Assembly (NCBI RefSeq): GCF_011386835.1
Contig: NC_088799.1
Coordinates: 99,076,001 to 99,140,000, forward strand
Source of the DNA: Chrysemys picta bellii
Lineage: Eukaryota
Direction: 5' to 3'
DNA: 64,000 bases
The notes beneath the pieces were generated by a model, which worked only from the letters and a program-made list of their open reading frames with translations, was not told where the DNA came from and did no database searches. The translations under genes were made by a program, and so were the position numbers. Positions 12,026-25,111 of the stretch are shown here, one piece after another; within the stretch, counting starts at the first letter, position 1; each line of letters starts with the position of its first letter.

Positions 12026-12572
12026 TAACTTCTGGCTCTTCTACCAATTGCATAAGTTTTACATCAGCTAAAATAACACAGTCTGGACACAACTTAATGT
12101 AGGGTTTTTCATTGTAAAACATCACTGAAGCTATACTTGTCTAGCATTCCAGGCAGCTGGCATCTTCAAGGAATGGGTTGAGTTAATGGAAAAGGTTTTG
12201 CTTGAAGTTTGCCAGCGAGAGATCATCGAGTTCTAGACAACACATACTGTGAGTATGAACTCCATACAACCTTTGGAATACCTCTGTGAAGGCAGGAAAT
12301 TGAAATATTGTGCTATATTGGCAACTAAATGGTCATTTATCATCCATGCTAAGTTTGGAGCACAGTGAAATGATTTTTAAACCCCCACAAGGGCCCTTAT
12401 TAACAATTTCAAGCTTTTTAAAAACCACATATATTTTGCAACATATTTTTAGTAAGAATATGTGATAATCAACATCTGTACCTCCCATTTGATTTGCCTC
12501 TCTAAGAACAATGTTGGACTATATTCAGACACACGAACACCACATTAAAATACATTACAGTTAAGACACCTA

Positions 12573-12749
12573 CTGACAAAAGCAAGGAAATTCACAGTTA
12601 AAGGGGAAAACATACCATATGTTCTCCAGTACCTAGTAACAACGGGGAGCATTCAGATAGTCATTAAAGTGGCCCCCAGTTGTGCCTAGGTATTGGAGAG
12701 CATATGGAACATTTCCCTCCTCATGTCTGAATTTCCCTACTTTTGTCAG
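12573..12749. repeat. 22-bp inverted repeat pair, probable ancient MITE remnant
   Basis: ctgacaaaagcaaggaaattca (12573-12594) versus tgaatttccctacttttgtcag (12728-12749): 20/22 complementary. Confidence 0.55.
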
Positions 12750-13084
12750 CTTATGTATCAAGCTTGATTCTTTTTAATATAGAGTTGGGGGGATTCTTTA
12801 AGAAGTTGATTAGTTTGTAAAGTACCATTTCATATTGATAATAACTGTGAGCCTGATTTTAAGAGGAATTCTGGACCACTGAAAACAAGGTCTTGTAAAA
12901 ATAAACCAGCCAGGCTGTTCACAGTACATCCAAGGCAAATACTATATGAGGCAAAACTTAGCAGCATGACTTTTTGCAACTGAAAAATGGCTCCTTAATT
13001 GTACATTTCAGTCTTTTGCTTTAAAATAACCCCACAATTTTGGAGCGTTTATTTCATTATTCTATTATAATAGTAATTATATTA

Positions 13085-13570
13085 TGTTATTTAATTATTA
13101 TAGGCCCTGAAGACCAAGGCCCACTGTGCTAGGTGCTGCATATACATTTAGTAAGAGACAGTCCCCACCCCAAATAGTCTGCAAGGCAAACAATGTGGGG
13201 AAAGAAATGGGGAACTGAGGCACTGAGACACAAAAGTATAACTGGGTTCAAAAAGAATTAGATAAGTTCATGGAGGAAAGGCTATTAGCCAAGATGGTCA
13301 GGGAGGCAACCCCATGTTCTGGGTGTCCCTAAACCTCCCACTGTCAGAAGCTGGGACTTGACGACAGGGGATTGCCCTGTTCTGTTCATTCCCTTTGAAG
13401 CATCTGCACTAGTCACTGTCAGTACTGGGCAAGATGGACCATTGGCCTGACCCTGTATGGCTCGTCTGATGTAAGTGACTTATCCAAGGGGTCACACAAA
13501 GTCTGTGGCCAGGAAATAAATCCAGGTCTCCTGAGTAACAGCCCATAGGCTTAACCCACAAGAATATCCT
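13085..13570 (-). mobile_element. MIR/CORE-SINE-like element interrupted by a CR1 fragment
   Basis: ctgtgctaggtgctg...ggggaactgaggcactgaga [insert] aagtgacttatccaaggggtcacacaaa...aggcttaacc. Confidence 0.6.
13232..13475 (+). mobile_element. CR1 3'-UTR fragment (older subfamily)
   Basis: aaaagtataactgggttcaaaaagaattagataagttcatggagg...ggaccattggcctgaccctgtatggc, characteristic of a turtle CR1 3' end. Confidence 0.7.
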
Positions 13571-14109
13571 TTCTATATATTTTCAGTTTCACTTTGTAAC
13601 AACATACCAGGTGGAGCCCTGTTGATACTCCAGGCACCTTTAACATTATTTAAAATAATAACATGACAAAAACAAAAACAGCAGCTAACCCTCCCGCCCC
13701 CAGAAAACTCTATCCACAAGACAACCCAATAGCTGGAACTTTACTCACCAAATCTCCATTCTCTGAAACTATCACCAGCATCGGGCTCCGGCCTATTCGA
13801 CGTATCCCTCCACTGTGAAAAATAGATCAGCCTAATTCAGTTAAATGCAGCCCAGCTCCCCTGGAACCGAAATATCAAATGAAAGTAACTGAGCAGTAGG
13901 AAGGGGTTATACCTGGGATGAATGTGGACCAAAGGACAGGGGATGTTTTATTTGGGGAGTGTTTAGCATGGTAAAAGGTTAGGTAACAAGTTCAAAAAAT
14001 AGAGGGCAGTATTATTCACTGCACACATTTATTTGCCTGTTTCCTACTTTTCAAGGAGCAGGTCTAACCTGAGGTGCTGCCCTGGACACTGCATGGAATA
14101 AACAGGCAA

Positions 14110-14660
14110 ATATGTAGCTAGGATATAGCGGGAAAAAGGGTGGGGGGGAGGGGAAGGCGGGATTGTTTAAAAAAAAGTGTTTTGTGAAAATTGATCATTT
14201 TTCAAAACCAAAAACTTTTGGGGATTTTTGCAATTTTTTCATTTTTTGTCAAAACAGAAAATTTCAAAATAACAAATTTCAAATATTTTTTTCAAACTTC
14301 TGAAAGTGGGTTTTTTGTTTTCTCTTTTATTCCTTTTTGCCCTTGGGAGCAATAGAATGATGTACAGGCAGTTTGCTAGGTTTGTTTGTTTTGCTTTTAC
14401 ATTTTTTTTCTTTTTCCACTCTGGAACTTTTCAAAACTTCCTTAAGCTTTGGGAAAGCTAGAGAGTGGCAGAGTTTCACTTTTCTTTTTATTGTTTTATA
14501 ACTTTACCAAAGTTGAGGAAACTTTAAAAACTTTAAAAAGTTATAGAGTGGCAAAAGAAAAAATAAAACGAGAAACCCTAATGATCATTGCTCCAAACTC
14601 TACTGCGCTTTGTTCTCGCTCTCTCATCAAAAATCAACATTTTTTTAAAATTTTGAATTA
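14110..14660. repeat. AT-rich interspersed repeat (A/T-run family; similar blocks at ~11290-11480, 23595-23920, 36990-37280, 59770-60170)
   Basis: Recurrent ttttcaaaa / aaaatttt-rich blocks, some with tagagc...gaccagc-like ends; class not determined. Confidence 0.35.
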
Positions 14661-14678
14661 AATTATGCCTCTTGTCTA

Positions 14679-15183
14679 TGTCAGGCCCCGGGGGTCTTCA
14701 AAGTGGGTCTGTGGGGGTCCTGATAGTCATCACACTCCAATCCTTCACCCGGCAGCTCACAGACAGCAGCTGGGTCTGGAGTCCACGAAGCTCAACTGGG
14801 ACACAAGACCTACCCCTACACTCTCATTGGGAGAACTCCAAGGTTCCTGATTGGGGTGCAGTCCCTATTTAAGCCAAAGGAGGCAACAAGTTGCTTCACC
14901 GTGCCATGGACCACTGGCCTGATGTTACCTGTGCCTGTCTTCCAATCCTGACCTCCTGGCATCCTGATTCACCCTGACTCTTGGTAACTGCCTCCTGGTT
15001 CCTGCCCTCCAGTTCCATCTCCCAATGCTGGCCTCCTGGTATCCTAAGTTGGCCTGACTCTTGAGCCCGACCCTTTGGTTTGTCTCTCGATTTTGATCTT
15101 CTGGTGTTCCAACTTGGTTGGAGTCCTGGTAATTCAGCCCTTGACACTAACCCTTAGGCCAAACCCATGCCCTGGTCCTGACA
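14679..15183. mobile_element. Solo LTR
   Basis: Ends tgtcagg...cctgaca (TG..CA); flanks gtcta/ttcta (4/5, probable 5-bp TSD); internal cctggt/cctgac short repeats. Confidence 0.6.
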
Positions 15184-16559
15184 TTCTAGAAAATGAGTTG
15201 ACTTTAGGTTGTGCTTAGCTAGCTTGTGTTAGCTAAGCCTTACCTCAACTCAACCACTTTCTCTAATCTAGACAAAGCCCAAGAGAGTTGTAAACCTGGA
15301 TCTGACTCAGGTTAAAGTGAAGCGGAGGTTGAGATTAAAACCAAAACATTAAAAAAACAGTCATAATTCCCTAGCTCCTTTTCTCCTTCCCCTTCTAGTA
15401 TCTCTTTTCCAGTTCAGTCTTATACATCTCACTCACTTCTGCCCCTTAAATAAAACATTATAATTTTTTGTCATCTGACTATATAATGCAAAGGTAATAT
15501 CTAATTTGAAGATGTGGGCTTAACCAGGATAATGACAGACAAAATTCATATAGTTACTGTACTAAATTATCAGATGATGTAGGGGTCTGAGTTTCCCTAT
15601 CAAGTTGGACCACTTAACACATTTACATAAAATGGCAGAGAAAAAGATAGTTTGGAAGAAGGACACAGACCAAGAGCAGAAAGGGACAAAAGATGATGCA
15701 GAAAGCATCATTTTTACAACTTAATTTTATATTCAATTTTTTCAGCTCTCCTGGGAAGCAATTTCCCTTTATTAAAGCCCTTGAGATAGCAGATACTCTA
15801 CAATTCAGATTTTAACATTCTCTGTTGATGTTGACTACTCAGTTATTAAGTTGTCTTCCAGAAGTTCATCTGAACCTTCCATCTTAAGAATCTGTGGAGC
15901 AAACACATCAATTTCTCCTTCAAATTTCCTTCATTCCCTTGATGGCTGACAGCAACATTGCAGCTGAAATTGTTGTTGAGTGCTCCTGTTCCTTGGCAAA
16001 GGAGAATGGGTGAGTCATTGTGGGTGAAATGTGACCTTCGCTTTCCTCTTCTAGTCCAGACCCCAGAAAATACTCCACAGATCTCCATTCTTGGACCTTC
16101 TACATTCCTGTGATGCATGGTCTTCAAGATCGGAATGACACCAAACCAGACCCATCAGAGAAGAACAACATTATAAAGGTTTTCCCCAATTTTTTTGTTT
16201 TTCAATCCCCACAAGCTTCAAAATCAAAATGAAGCCACAACTGAACACACACAGGGTCAATACTTTGCCCATCTCTCACTTACACCCTTTAAAAAATGGA
16301 AACACCAGTGGTCCAAAGCAACTTGGGGGTTTAGTTCAATTCTACAACTTTGATATACATTGAAATTTATAAAATATCAAGAAGCCCCCTTTCCGAGGAC
16401 TAAGAGCATCTGTTAAAGACAGTGACTCCAAAAGGAATCAGCCTGTAACATATATTAATACTCCCGAAGCAGGCAGAGTAAAAATAACTCAGATTCCCCA
16501 CTCTCCCTAGATATCAGCCCCAACAACAGCTGCTTTGCCAGCAGCCCTCCTAGGAAGAT

Positions 16560-16930
16560 GAGCCTTGCAGCCTACGCTGAAGTTTGACGGATTTGGGCAA
16601 AGGCAGGAAGCTCATCCCTGTGGAAGGGAGCCCTCCCAGAAAGCTGGCTGCTGGCAGCCTCCTCGCTTTTATACCAAGAGCCTGGGCATTCAGTTGAGTA
16701 CATCGGAAAGTCTCAAGCGTGGCAATACGGCACAGGGTAGAGGTGGTGCCTCAGCTAGGTAAGTCTCAAGCCATTTAAGGCTTTATTGGTCAATAACAGC
16801 ATCTTTAACTCCCGCTGGCGCCCACAGGCAGGCCGTGTGGATCATGACACACCCACCGAGTATGCTCATGGCGAGATGGTTCACTTACGCAGAAGACTGT
16901 TGCATTCCACACTAGCTTTAGCTTGCAAAC
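16560..16930 (-). mobile_element. L2-like LINE remnant
   Basis: caagccatttaagggctttattggtcaataacagcatctttaactc matches the antisense reptilian L2-type motif also seen at 22415. Confidence 0.4.
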
Positions 16931-19012
16931 AAAAGATACATGCGCACAGGAAGCTCTACCTGATTGCACTTGCTGCCCAAACCCACCATCTCAGTGAGGT
17001 ATTCATAGATAGAACGAGGCGGACCTGACTTGGAACTTACCTGGAAAAGAGATTGCCCTAAACACAAAGAGCAATTCGTTTTGCAATACGAAGGCTCAGC
17101 ATGGGTGATTTCAGTGCCCCAGGAGCTTTTATTATTAGTCCTTTTAAATGCTTTCTTGTGGAACAATTTTATCTGGATTATCTGCCTAAGATCTTCTTAT
17201 CCTGACATCTGAGGGGTGAAAAGGAAGCTGGCTAACACAGAGACATGAGATGCCTTAAAGGTACAGACCCATATTCAGGGTGGATGCGAGCCACCGGTAG
17301 AGCTCCCCCAGGCGCACAGGGAAGCATTCACGCTACATCTTGCCTTAGGAGAGTGCAGGATGTTCTCCGCTGCCCAGCCAGCCAGCTCTGCTAGCTGATG
17401 TAGGATGCTGCCCCTCCCTGTTCCCTTTGGTATGTCTGCTTCACTAGGAGAAAACTGATCCTGCTCTTGGGAGGACATAGAGATTGCAAAGGTGCCAGGG
17501 ATGCACAAGGAGAGAGGACTCATTAGATTTTCCCTTTGAAACCGGTCCTGGGGTCAGACACCATCTGGCCTGCATCGTAGCAATGAATTGGACGAAAGTT
17601 AACGTAAGTAATAGAACATCGAATTTTAACCCTATGACTGATGGCATTTTCTAGACTGCCAATCATATGAAAATGTGGAAAGAGGTAGGGGTGGGGGTGG
17701 GTGCGTGTGCAAGTATTAGGTCTGCATAGATTTTAAAACTTGAAACAGATTCACTAACATTTTAAGACAGTATTAAGGTCAAAAGGGCAACACTACAGTT
17801 CATAGGCACATTCGTTTTATTAATTGAGTCATAAGTTCTGGCAGTTTCCACATACATTTGAGAACACGCATCAGCTGCTTTAGATTGCCATAAGAGATCT
17901 GAAAACCTGCCAGTAAGTCTGTTTGCAGCTCTTAAAAGTTGTTGAATAAAAACCTGGTTTAAACTATTGGCAATTACCTGGGGACGGGGCACGGCGGGGA
18001 GAGACAGGGAACGACATGTTTTGTTTAGATTCCAAGTGCAATGGTAACTGATGTAAGTGTGCTGCTCAAGAAAATACTGATTCGTTTCCAGATAGCTAGA
18101 GGTTTTCCAGTTCTTCTGTGTTCCTTATTGCCCTATTGCCTCATGATCCTCTCATGTTCAGAAACTTAATCTCCATCCACCGGAAATACAATGGCTGAAA
18201 GAAATGGGAAGGTCATGTTTAATTGCCATGCTTTGTTTTAAGTGTGTTGAGCAAACATGGCATTAAAATATAAAACTGAAGAACTGCAAATTACAGTGGT
18301 CCAAGGTCTAGAACTTGCTATATATTCTGTCCCAGACACAAGCCAATAAAAGCTCTGCTAGACCATGCACCAGCGGTAGCAGCACTTTCTTGCAAACTGC
18401 CTAGGCTAGGAATGAATGCTTCACATCACTTGAGAGCAGAGTTTCATAGTTTTCCTATGGCATGAAGTGATTGTTTCAAGCCCTGGTCATTGTATCTGAA
18501 AATCACGTCATTCCGATTGGCCCCTTGTTATTTCCCTTCACCCCGCTCAGTTCCAAGAGGATTTTAATAGCTGTATTCTCACAAAACTATGATGCTAAAA
18601 ACCTGAGCTGGCTGAATACTGCAGAATCAGTCTGTGCAAATATCTGTTCCAAGCTTGATTGGCTCTGACCACACATGTAGCCTGTTCAAAACCATTCAGT
18701 TGTTTCCCTCCTCACCTCATTTTGGGGAATTGAGGTTTGTTTGGGTGCCAGGATGCTGCTAGGAGCACACAGATGCTGATTTGGAAAATAACTGAGGTGC
18801 TCAAGTTTTGAAACTGAACCTTCAGAATTCAATTCTTTGCACTTCCACTGTACCTCAGTGTTAATAAACATGGTATGCAAATTCCTGAATTCTGATTTGC
18901 TACTGTCCTGGACACATACCATCTATATGTAACACACACATACAGCTGGCTAAATCAACTTGCCATTTCCATTCAGCTGATTGTTTTTTATTCAGTGACA
19001 TCTCTTCAATGT

Positions 19013-19605
19013 TAGGGTTACCATATCTAATAAATAAAAAAAGAGGACCCTCCACGGGCCCTGGCCCCGCACATTTCCCCACCCCAGCCCCAGCCCCGCC
19101 CAACCCCACCCCTTCCCCGCCCTAGCTCCGCCCCCTCCTCCCTCCCACTCCCAGCCATGGGGAAAGGGCTGCCCGAGCGCTACCGGCTTCACGGTTTGCC
19201 GGGCAGCCCCCAGACCCTGCACCCCCGGCCGGTGCTTCCCCAGCGCAGCTGGAGCCCGGGAGGGGAAGCGCCCAGCGGGGAGCGCAGGGTCTGGAGGCTG
19301 CCCGGCAAACCGTGAAGCCGGTAGCGCTTGGGCTTCGGGCAGCCCCCTTGCCTCCGGACCCTGCGCCCCCAGCCGGGCCCTTCCCCTCCCGGGCTCCGGC
19401 AGCGCAGGGTCCGGAGGCATGGGGGCTGCCCGAAGCCGGTAGCGCTCGGGCAGCCCAGCTATTAAACAGAGCCGAAGAGTCAGGGGAGGAGCAGAGCCGC
19501 CATTTTCTCGGACATGTTCGGCTTTTTGGCAATTCCCCCCGGACGGGGGTTTGAGTGCCAAAAAGCCGGACATGTCCGGGAAAAAGAGGACGTATGGTAA
19601 CCCTA
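19013..19605. mobile_element. hAT non-autonomous element, 593 bp, GC/CpG-rich
   Basis: Perfect 13-bp TIR tagggttaccata / tatggtaacccta; perfect 8-bp TSD TTCAATGT; subterminal ggacat/gtcc motifs. Confidence 0.93.
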
Positions 19606-19859
19606 TTCAATGTTTTTGTTCTACATCTCTGTGATTTAGGTTACAGGATCTTCAAGGGCCGGGATATCATCTTTCCATGTATTTGTCAAGTGCTGTTTAC
19701 CTAGGGTTGCTCTCTATCGAGATAGATATTTTATGTAGTTACATGGCCCCTTCACTGTATGTGATAGGTTATACCTCCAGGCTTGATTGCAGCTGCTTGT
19801 GCCCAGAGGAGGAGCTCTTTAACGCCTTCCTGACCCAGGATCTGCCCTAGCGCAGTATC

Positions 19860-20050
19860 TGAGCACCTCACAATCTATAATGGACTTATCCTGGCTACAC
19901 CCCTGTGAGGTAGGGCATCATACAGATGTGGAAGTGAGGCACAGAAAGGCTAAGTAATCCAGCATCACCCAGGAAGTCTCTGACAGAGCTGGGACGTGAA
20001 TCAGGGTCTCCCAACTCTGAGGCTGGTGCCCCAACCATTGGACCATCCTT
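19860..20050 (-). mobile_element. MIR/CORE-SINE-like element
   Basis: acccctgtgaggtaggg...acagatgtggaagtgaggcacaga...gtgccccaaccattggaccatcc. Confidence 0.6.
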
Positions 20051-22199
20051 CATCTCTAAATAACTCTATAAATAACAATGAGAAGTTTGAGCATGGGAAG
20101 TATCAATCTACCAACTGCCCTATAACTTGAGGGTGCTTCTGGTTAGCACTCTAACGCAGGTTACATAAACTCAGATGTCAAGGTGTTTATTTAGACTCCC
20201 TTGTAAACAGGAATCACGCTCCAGCTATCTAAATTATAGCTACAGAACGCTTTGCAAGATAAGAAGGGGTACCTGATTTGCTGTATCGCTGCTATCCCAC
20301 TTCGCTTTGTGAGGGATTTCTCAACCCCAGAGCACCCCAAGGTGGCACGTCTGATAAAATATACCTGCTAAAACATATGGGACTAATCAACATCTTTAAA
20401 TCTTCTCTGTATGATCTCAATATGCAATCATGGTACTGAGGTGGATTTGATCATTGTCAAACCTTTTTCACCCACACGTAGAGAGCATATGAGATTAAAT
20501 GGACTCTATTAACCAGATCCCCAGCATGCATACAGCAGCGTATTTCCACTGAAGGACCGGTAGCCATCAACAGTCACAAGGGATAAACCTCACAGTCATC
20601 GGTGATAACCATCCTCAGGATCCAGTCAGCTTTTCGCGGAGTCTTTCCTACCTGAGACACTTACACAGGTGCTTTTTCACATCACTCAGAATGCTTCCTA
20701 GTGTGGGAGTGTTCTGCAGGCTGCACCTCAGAGACTCCTTCATTTAACCTTTTCTTTATCAACTCTTGTAGCATCAATGGCAACCCGAATTGTCCACCAT
20801 GGTTATTCTGAAAACTGACACAAATTCCCCAAATATTCCAGTGTTACCAAAAGTGCATTTTTCACAGAAAAAAGTTTCAGCCCGAAACTTCACCCAGCAC
20901 TAGTTTGGTGTTTTTTATCTTGCTTCCATTGAAGATGTTCCAAGCTGCACTGTTATACCACCGCCTGGTGCACATGACAGCAAGCTCTGAACCTGGGTTG
21001 TGACAGGAAAGTAAAGGGGAGAGAAAAGAACAACCATTTGCATTCAAAATATATTTGGACGGCTGGATCTCAAGCTGATATAAATCAACACAGCTCCTTT
21101 GACTTCAATGGGGATACAGTAGTTTGCAGTGGCTGAGAATCTTTGGCCCATCATTTATAATGCTATGCATACTGTAAATGCTTTTCATGTTTTAGGAACT
21201 TAAGCTTTCCAGTTTATAACTTTAAAAATAGAAAGTGTGCTGTCTTTAAGGTAACCCAGAACACTACAGAACCAACTCACTTTGCCATTGGTTGTTAAAC
21301 AACTGTAAAAACATTAAGCACATTGAGTGGGGAGGACAACCTCAGAGGATTGTTCCCTGGCAATAAAGAAAATGGCCTGGGATGCTTTAAGAACACACTG
21401 AGCCGAATACTATTTTGAAAATAAACAAACAGTCACCTGATGCTATTCATCTAAATTGATGGTGGGTTTATATTTTTGATGATTCCAGTCCATTTGCATG
21501 TATTTACAAAACTTTCAAGCATGCCTGGAGTGCAGTATTTATTAATGCTACCATCTATTTTAAAGGAATAGTAACTTCCAATTAACTGAGGTGGCTAAGA
21601 AAATCATCATATATTCTGAATGATGAAAGATCACAGAAGGAGATCCACTAATGAATGACAGGTGCGGCAGTGAATGGCATTGAAAGAGTGCAAGCCAAAA
21701 TCTAAGACATCTCTGGATATCATCATTCATTTTAAACGGCACGAGGTCAAAAAGAAAAGTGAGAGCTCTGGTTCAGAAGATGTTGGAAATGACCTCTTTT
21801 TTAACCTCACTGATTAGTCTTCTTTAGATGAAGATATCCAAAGTCAGTTGCACGCAGAAAATAAAACGGGAGACTAGGATTCCTAAAGCACGGCATAATG
21901 GGAGCACTGGGGCACAGAGAATCTTAACAGCTTCTAAATTCTAATTACTCTAGAAGATTTCTGGGAATTCTGTTTTGTTAAACCCCCTGACACGTATTTG
22001 TACTTTCACACCTACTGCATATTGCAGTTAGAATATTGCTGTTGTTGCATTCATTCAGAATGTTTCTTTAAATAGAGTTTTGTGACATTAAAAATATTGT
22101 AAAATAAAGCTAAGACATTAATTGACTGGATGGAATTCCCTGAACTGGATTAGTCTTTGATTTATTTATTGTTTCAGCTTTCTAAAATACAGCAATAGG

Positions 22200-22560
22200 C
22201 ACCGGTCCCCAGTGCTTTGGGATCCTAGCCCAGCAGTGAAGAATCACAGCATAAACAAAGGGACTGCCCCTGAATATTTCTGTCTCAGCCCACACCCTCT
22301 TCACAAGCCCAAACAAACAGGTCTGACGGTGGGCTTTGCAGCACCTCTTTTGATCTCAGGTGTGCCCATGTGGCCCAGGGAGAGAGCACATCAGTCTCAG
22401 TAACCAGGGGCCAAACCATTTAGGGCTTTATAGGTTAAACTAAAAGCTTATTGGAAGGAAGCCAGTGCAGATCACAGAGCACTGGTCTAATGTGCTCCTA
22501 AAGTGCAACTCCACTTAATAAGGGAGCTAGCTGCAACATTCTGCACTGCCTTCAGCTTCC
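22200..22560 (-). mobile_element. L2-like LINE remnant
   Basis: ggggccaaaccatttagggctttataggtt...gccagtgcagatcacagagcactgg...gctgcaacattctgcac. Confidence 0.45.
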
Positions 22561-23071
22561 CAGTGGCTGATAACTCAATGATGATGTTCTGTACTGCTCT
22601 AAGAACTCTCTTTCTGCTCCCCTGCCCCCATCTGTGTAGTCCAAGGACTACAGCTCCAGTCTAGCAAAGCACATGAGTACACTGAGGCCAATAGGACCAT
22701 CACATGCTTAAGGCTAAACATGTGCTTAAGTGCCTTGTTGAACTGGAACCTACGTCTATTGCTTTCTCTCTCCTTTGGATTAACGTGTGCTGTCAGGTTC
22801 TACTCTCTCAATCCCTGACAGATTCTTCCAACTCCCATCCCTCTGCCTCCCATTCCATCTTTCCCAAACTGGGACCAGCTCAAAATTTTGCTTATTTCAA
22901 ACTCTAGGCAACCTGAACTGTGAAAAATGTATCAAATTCCCAATGAACTTTCCACCAACTCAAACTGGAAACTGTCTAAAAACTTTGCATCATCTCACAC
23001 TGAGATTGCCTCCAATCTCCAACAGTTCAGCACCCCAACAGTCTAAACCATAGATCAAGTTTTTAAAAATA

Positions 23072-23260
23072 CACCTCTACCCCGATATAACGCTGTCCTC
23101 GGGAGCCAAAAAATCTTACCGTGTTATAGGTGAAACCACGTTATATCGAACTTGCTTTGATCCGTCGGAGTGCGCAGTCCCGCCCCCCCCGGAACGCTGC
23201 TTTACCGCGTTATATCCGAATTTGTGTTATATCGGGTTGCATTATATCGGGGTAGAGGTG
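23072..23260. mobile_element. Tc1/mariner (Tigger/pogo-like) MITE
   Basis: Perfect 19-bp TIR cacctctaccccgatataa / ttatatcggggtagaggtg; TA dinucleotide on both sides. Confidence 0.92.
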
Positions 23261-24581
23261 TACATAATTTTTCAGCACATGCATGAAATTTCAATCTTAA
23301 AATGCTTCTGCCTGTAGAATAATGTACTTTACCGTATGCTTTTTCTTTTCCTTCGGGCAAAATGAGACCTACAAACCAAACCAAAGGAGATGTTTTATCT
23401 TCAGCCATTGTCATGTTATCTCTTAAAAAATTGCCAACTGCAACGTACAGAGGTGGCCCTTAAACTAGATAAGAAAATAAGATGTGCAGTAGTAGCTAAC
23501 CTTAGCATATGAGTGCTCAAAGTATTTTATATAGGAAGCCATGGAAAGTATAATGCAATACTGCATAGACTGATGTATCCTACTCTTCAGTTTTTAGTAG
23601 AGCCAGGCAGGAAATGACTTTCCCATCCCGTAAAAAAAAAATTGAGATTTTGAAAAAAATTTCCCAGACCAAATTGGGTCAAAAAGTAAAAAACTTTTGT
23701 GAAATGAAAATCTGTAAGACAAAAAAAATCAGACCAGGTCAATTCTGACCAAGTTTCATTAATTTATTTTTACTATTGTTATCTTACATTTCTAAATGAA
23801 AAGCCATTTTGAACCAGAAAACCACAATTCTTCATTTTGAAAAAAAATTTGATTCGAGACATTCTTCAAAACTGACCTTTCCTGCAAAAAGTTTTCTGAT
23901 GCTTAGCTAAAAATTGTAACTTTTAACAAGATGTTCTATAGGGATGAGTCTATTTTCCCAAGAGCTCACAACTCCAGTGACTTTACAATAACACTTTTAA
24001 AAAATATCAACTTTTAATTCAAATGAAAGGATGACAATTTCAGGCCTAGAAGAATTACTTTGACCAACCTAGGAATAGTTCAAGGAAAAGGGAAGCGGGG
24101 TTGCGTTAAAGTTAGAAGTTCGCCTCTATTGAATTACATCCTGCTTGTGCTCACTGTAATATACAAGACACACAGAAGTGCGTGCTTTATGGGACTCTAG
24201 AAACCTTTAGATGAACGGGAGAACAGCTAATTGGAGCCATCAGCACCCCACACTCTTTCTGTCCTATAATCCAAGGTCAGGAACCTTGAATGAAGCGTGC
24301 CCTCCGTGCCAGCATTGTGTACCTTCAACTGGATGACCTTGCAGAAGGGGTCTGGCTAATCTTTAAGGTGATAGCACAGCCCAGAACTGATGGACATATA
24401 TAACCGTCAGTTACACAGAAGTTCCATTAAACATGGCTGTAGTGCACCTTTCTAGGTATTTTTATGTTCTATGCTGTGTGTCTATAATTATAGGGGGTTC
24501 CGGATAGCAAGCACTTTTATTAAGGCTGCCTAACGCGTCCCATTTTCATGAGCTCATGTGTGCAGCCATGCAAGGCAATTG

Positions 24582-24717
24582 CATAGGTGCTAGAACTAGG
24601 CATGCTGGGGGTGCTACTGCACCCCCTGGCTTGAAGTGGCTCCATTATATACAGGGTTTAGAGTTTGGTTCAATGGTTCTCAGCACCCCCACTATACACA
24701 TTGTTCTATCACCACTG
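24582..24717. mobile_element. hAT MITE
   Basis: Imperfect TIR cataggtgctagaac / gttctatcaccactg; flanks ggcaattg / ggcaatca (6/8). Confidence 0.6.
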
Positions 24718-25073
24718 GGCAATCAGGGGGCATAAGGCACCCTCCCTTTACTACCTTGTACCAGCTACCATTCCACTGCTCACACACCCCATGGGAAGGG
24801 AAGCAGGCGCCACAGAGCTGCTACATTCCCTTTCCCTCCCTTTGCAGCTGGGCAGGAGGAGGCAGAAAATAGAAGCGCAGAGTCTGGCCTGCCAGCATGT
24901 CAGCAAACTCAGGGTATAGACCTGTCTGAGATCACTCCCTTCCCAGAGCAGCAGAGAGACCAGGATGGAGATTATGACTCAGTGAACATCATCTCCCTCA
25001 CAAGCTGCTCCGGGGAAGCAATGCACTGCTCCTTGCTCAAGGTAGAGAATTATTTCTTGATCTAGTTCCATAT

Positions 25074-25074
<1 letters not shown>

Positions 25075-25109
<35 letters not shown>
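25075..25109. repeat. (CA)17 microsatellite
   Basis: Uninterrupted CA run. Confidence 0.98.

Positions 25110-25111
<2 letters not shown>

Noticed and set aside
15846-16127. Purine-rich minus-strand ORF (93 aa) with protein-like alternative frames
   Set aside because: No recognisable domain and no convincing splice boundaries.
18992-19610. Overlapping 193-, 162- and 80-aa ORFs in a CpG-island-like region
   Set aside because: They lie in a TIR/TSD-bounded hAT element; long ORFs are expected from the GC content and the peptides are low-complexity.
20664-20807. Minus-strand segment with a good acceptor and a GTAAGT donor
   Set aside because: All three frames contain stops and nothing else supports it; treated as a pseudo-exon.
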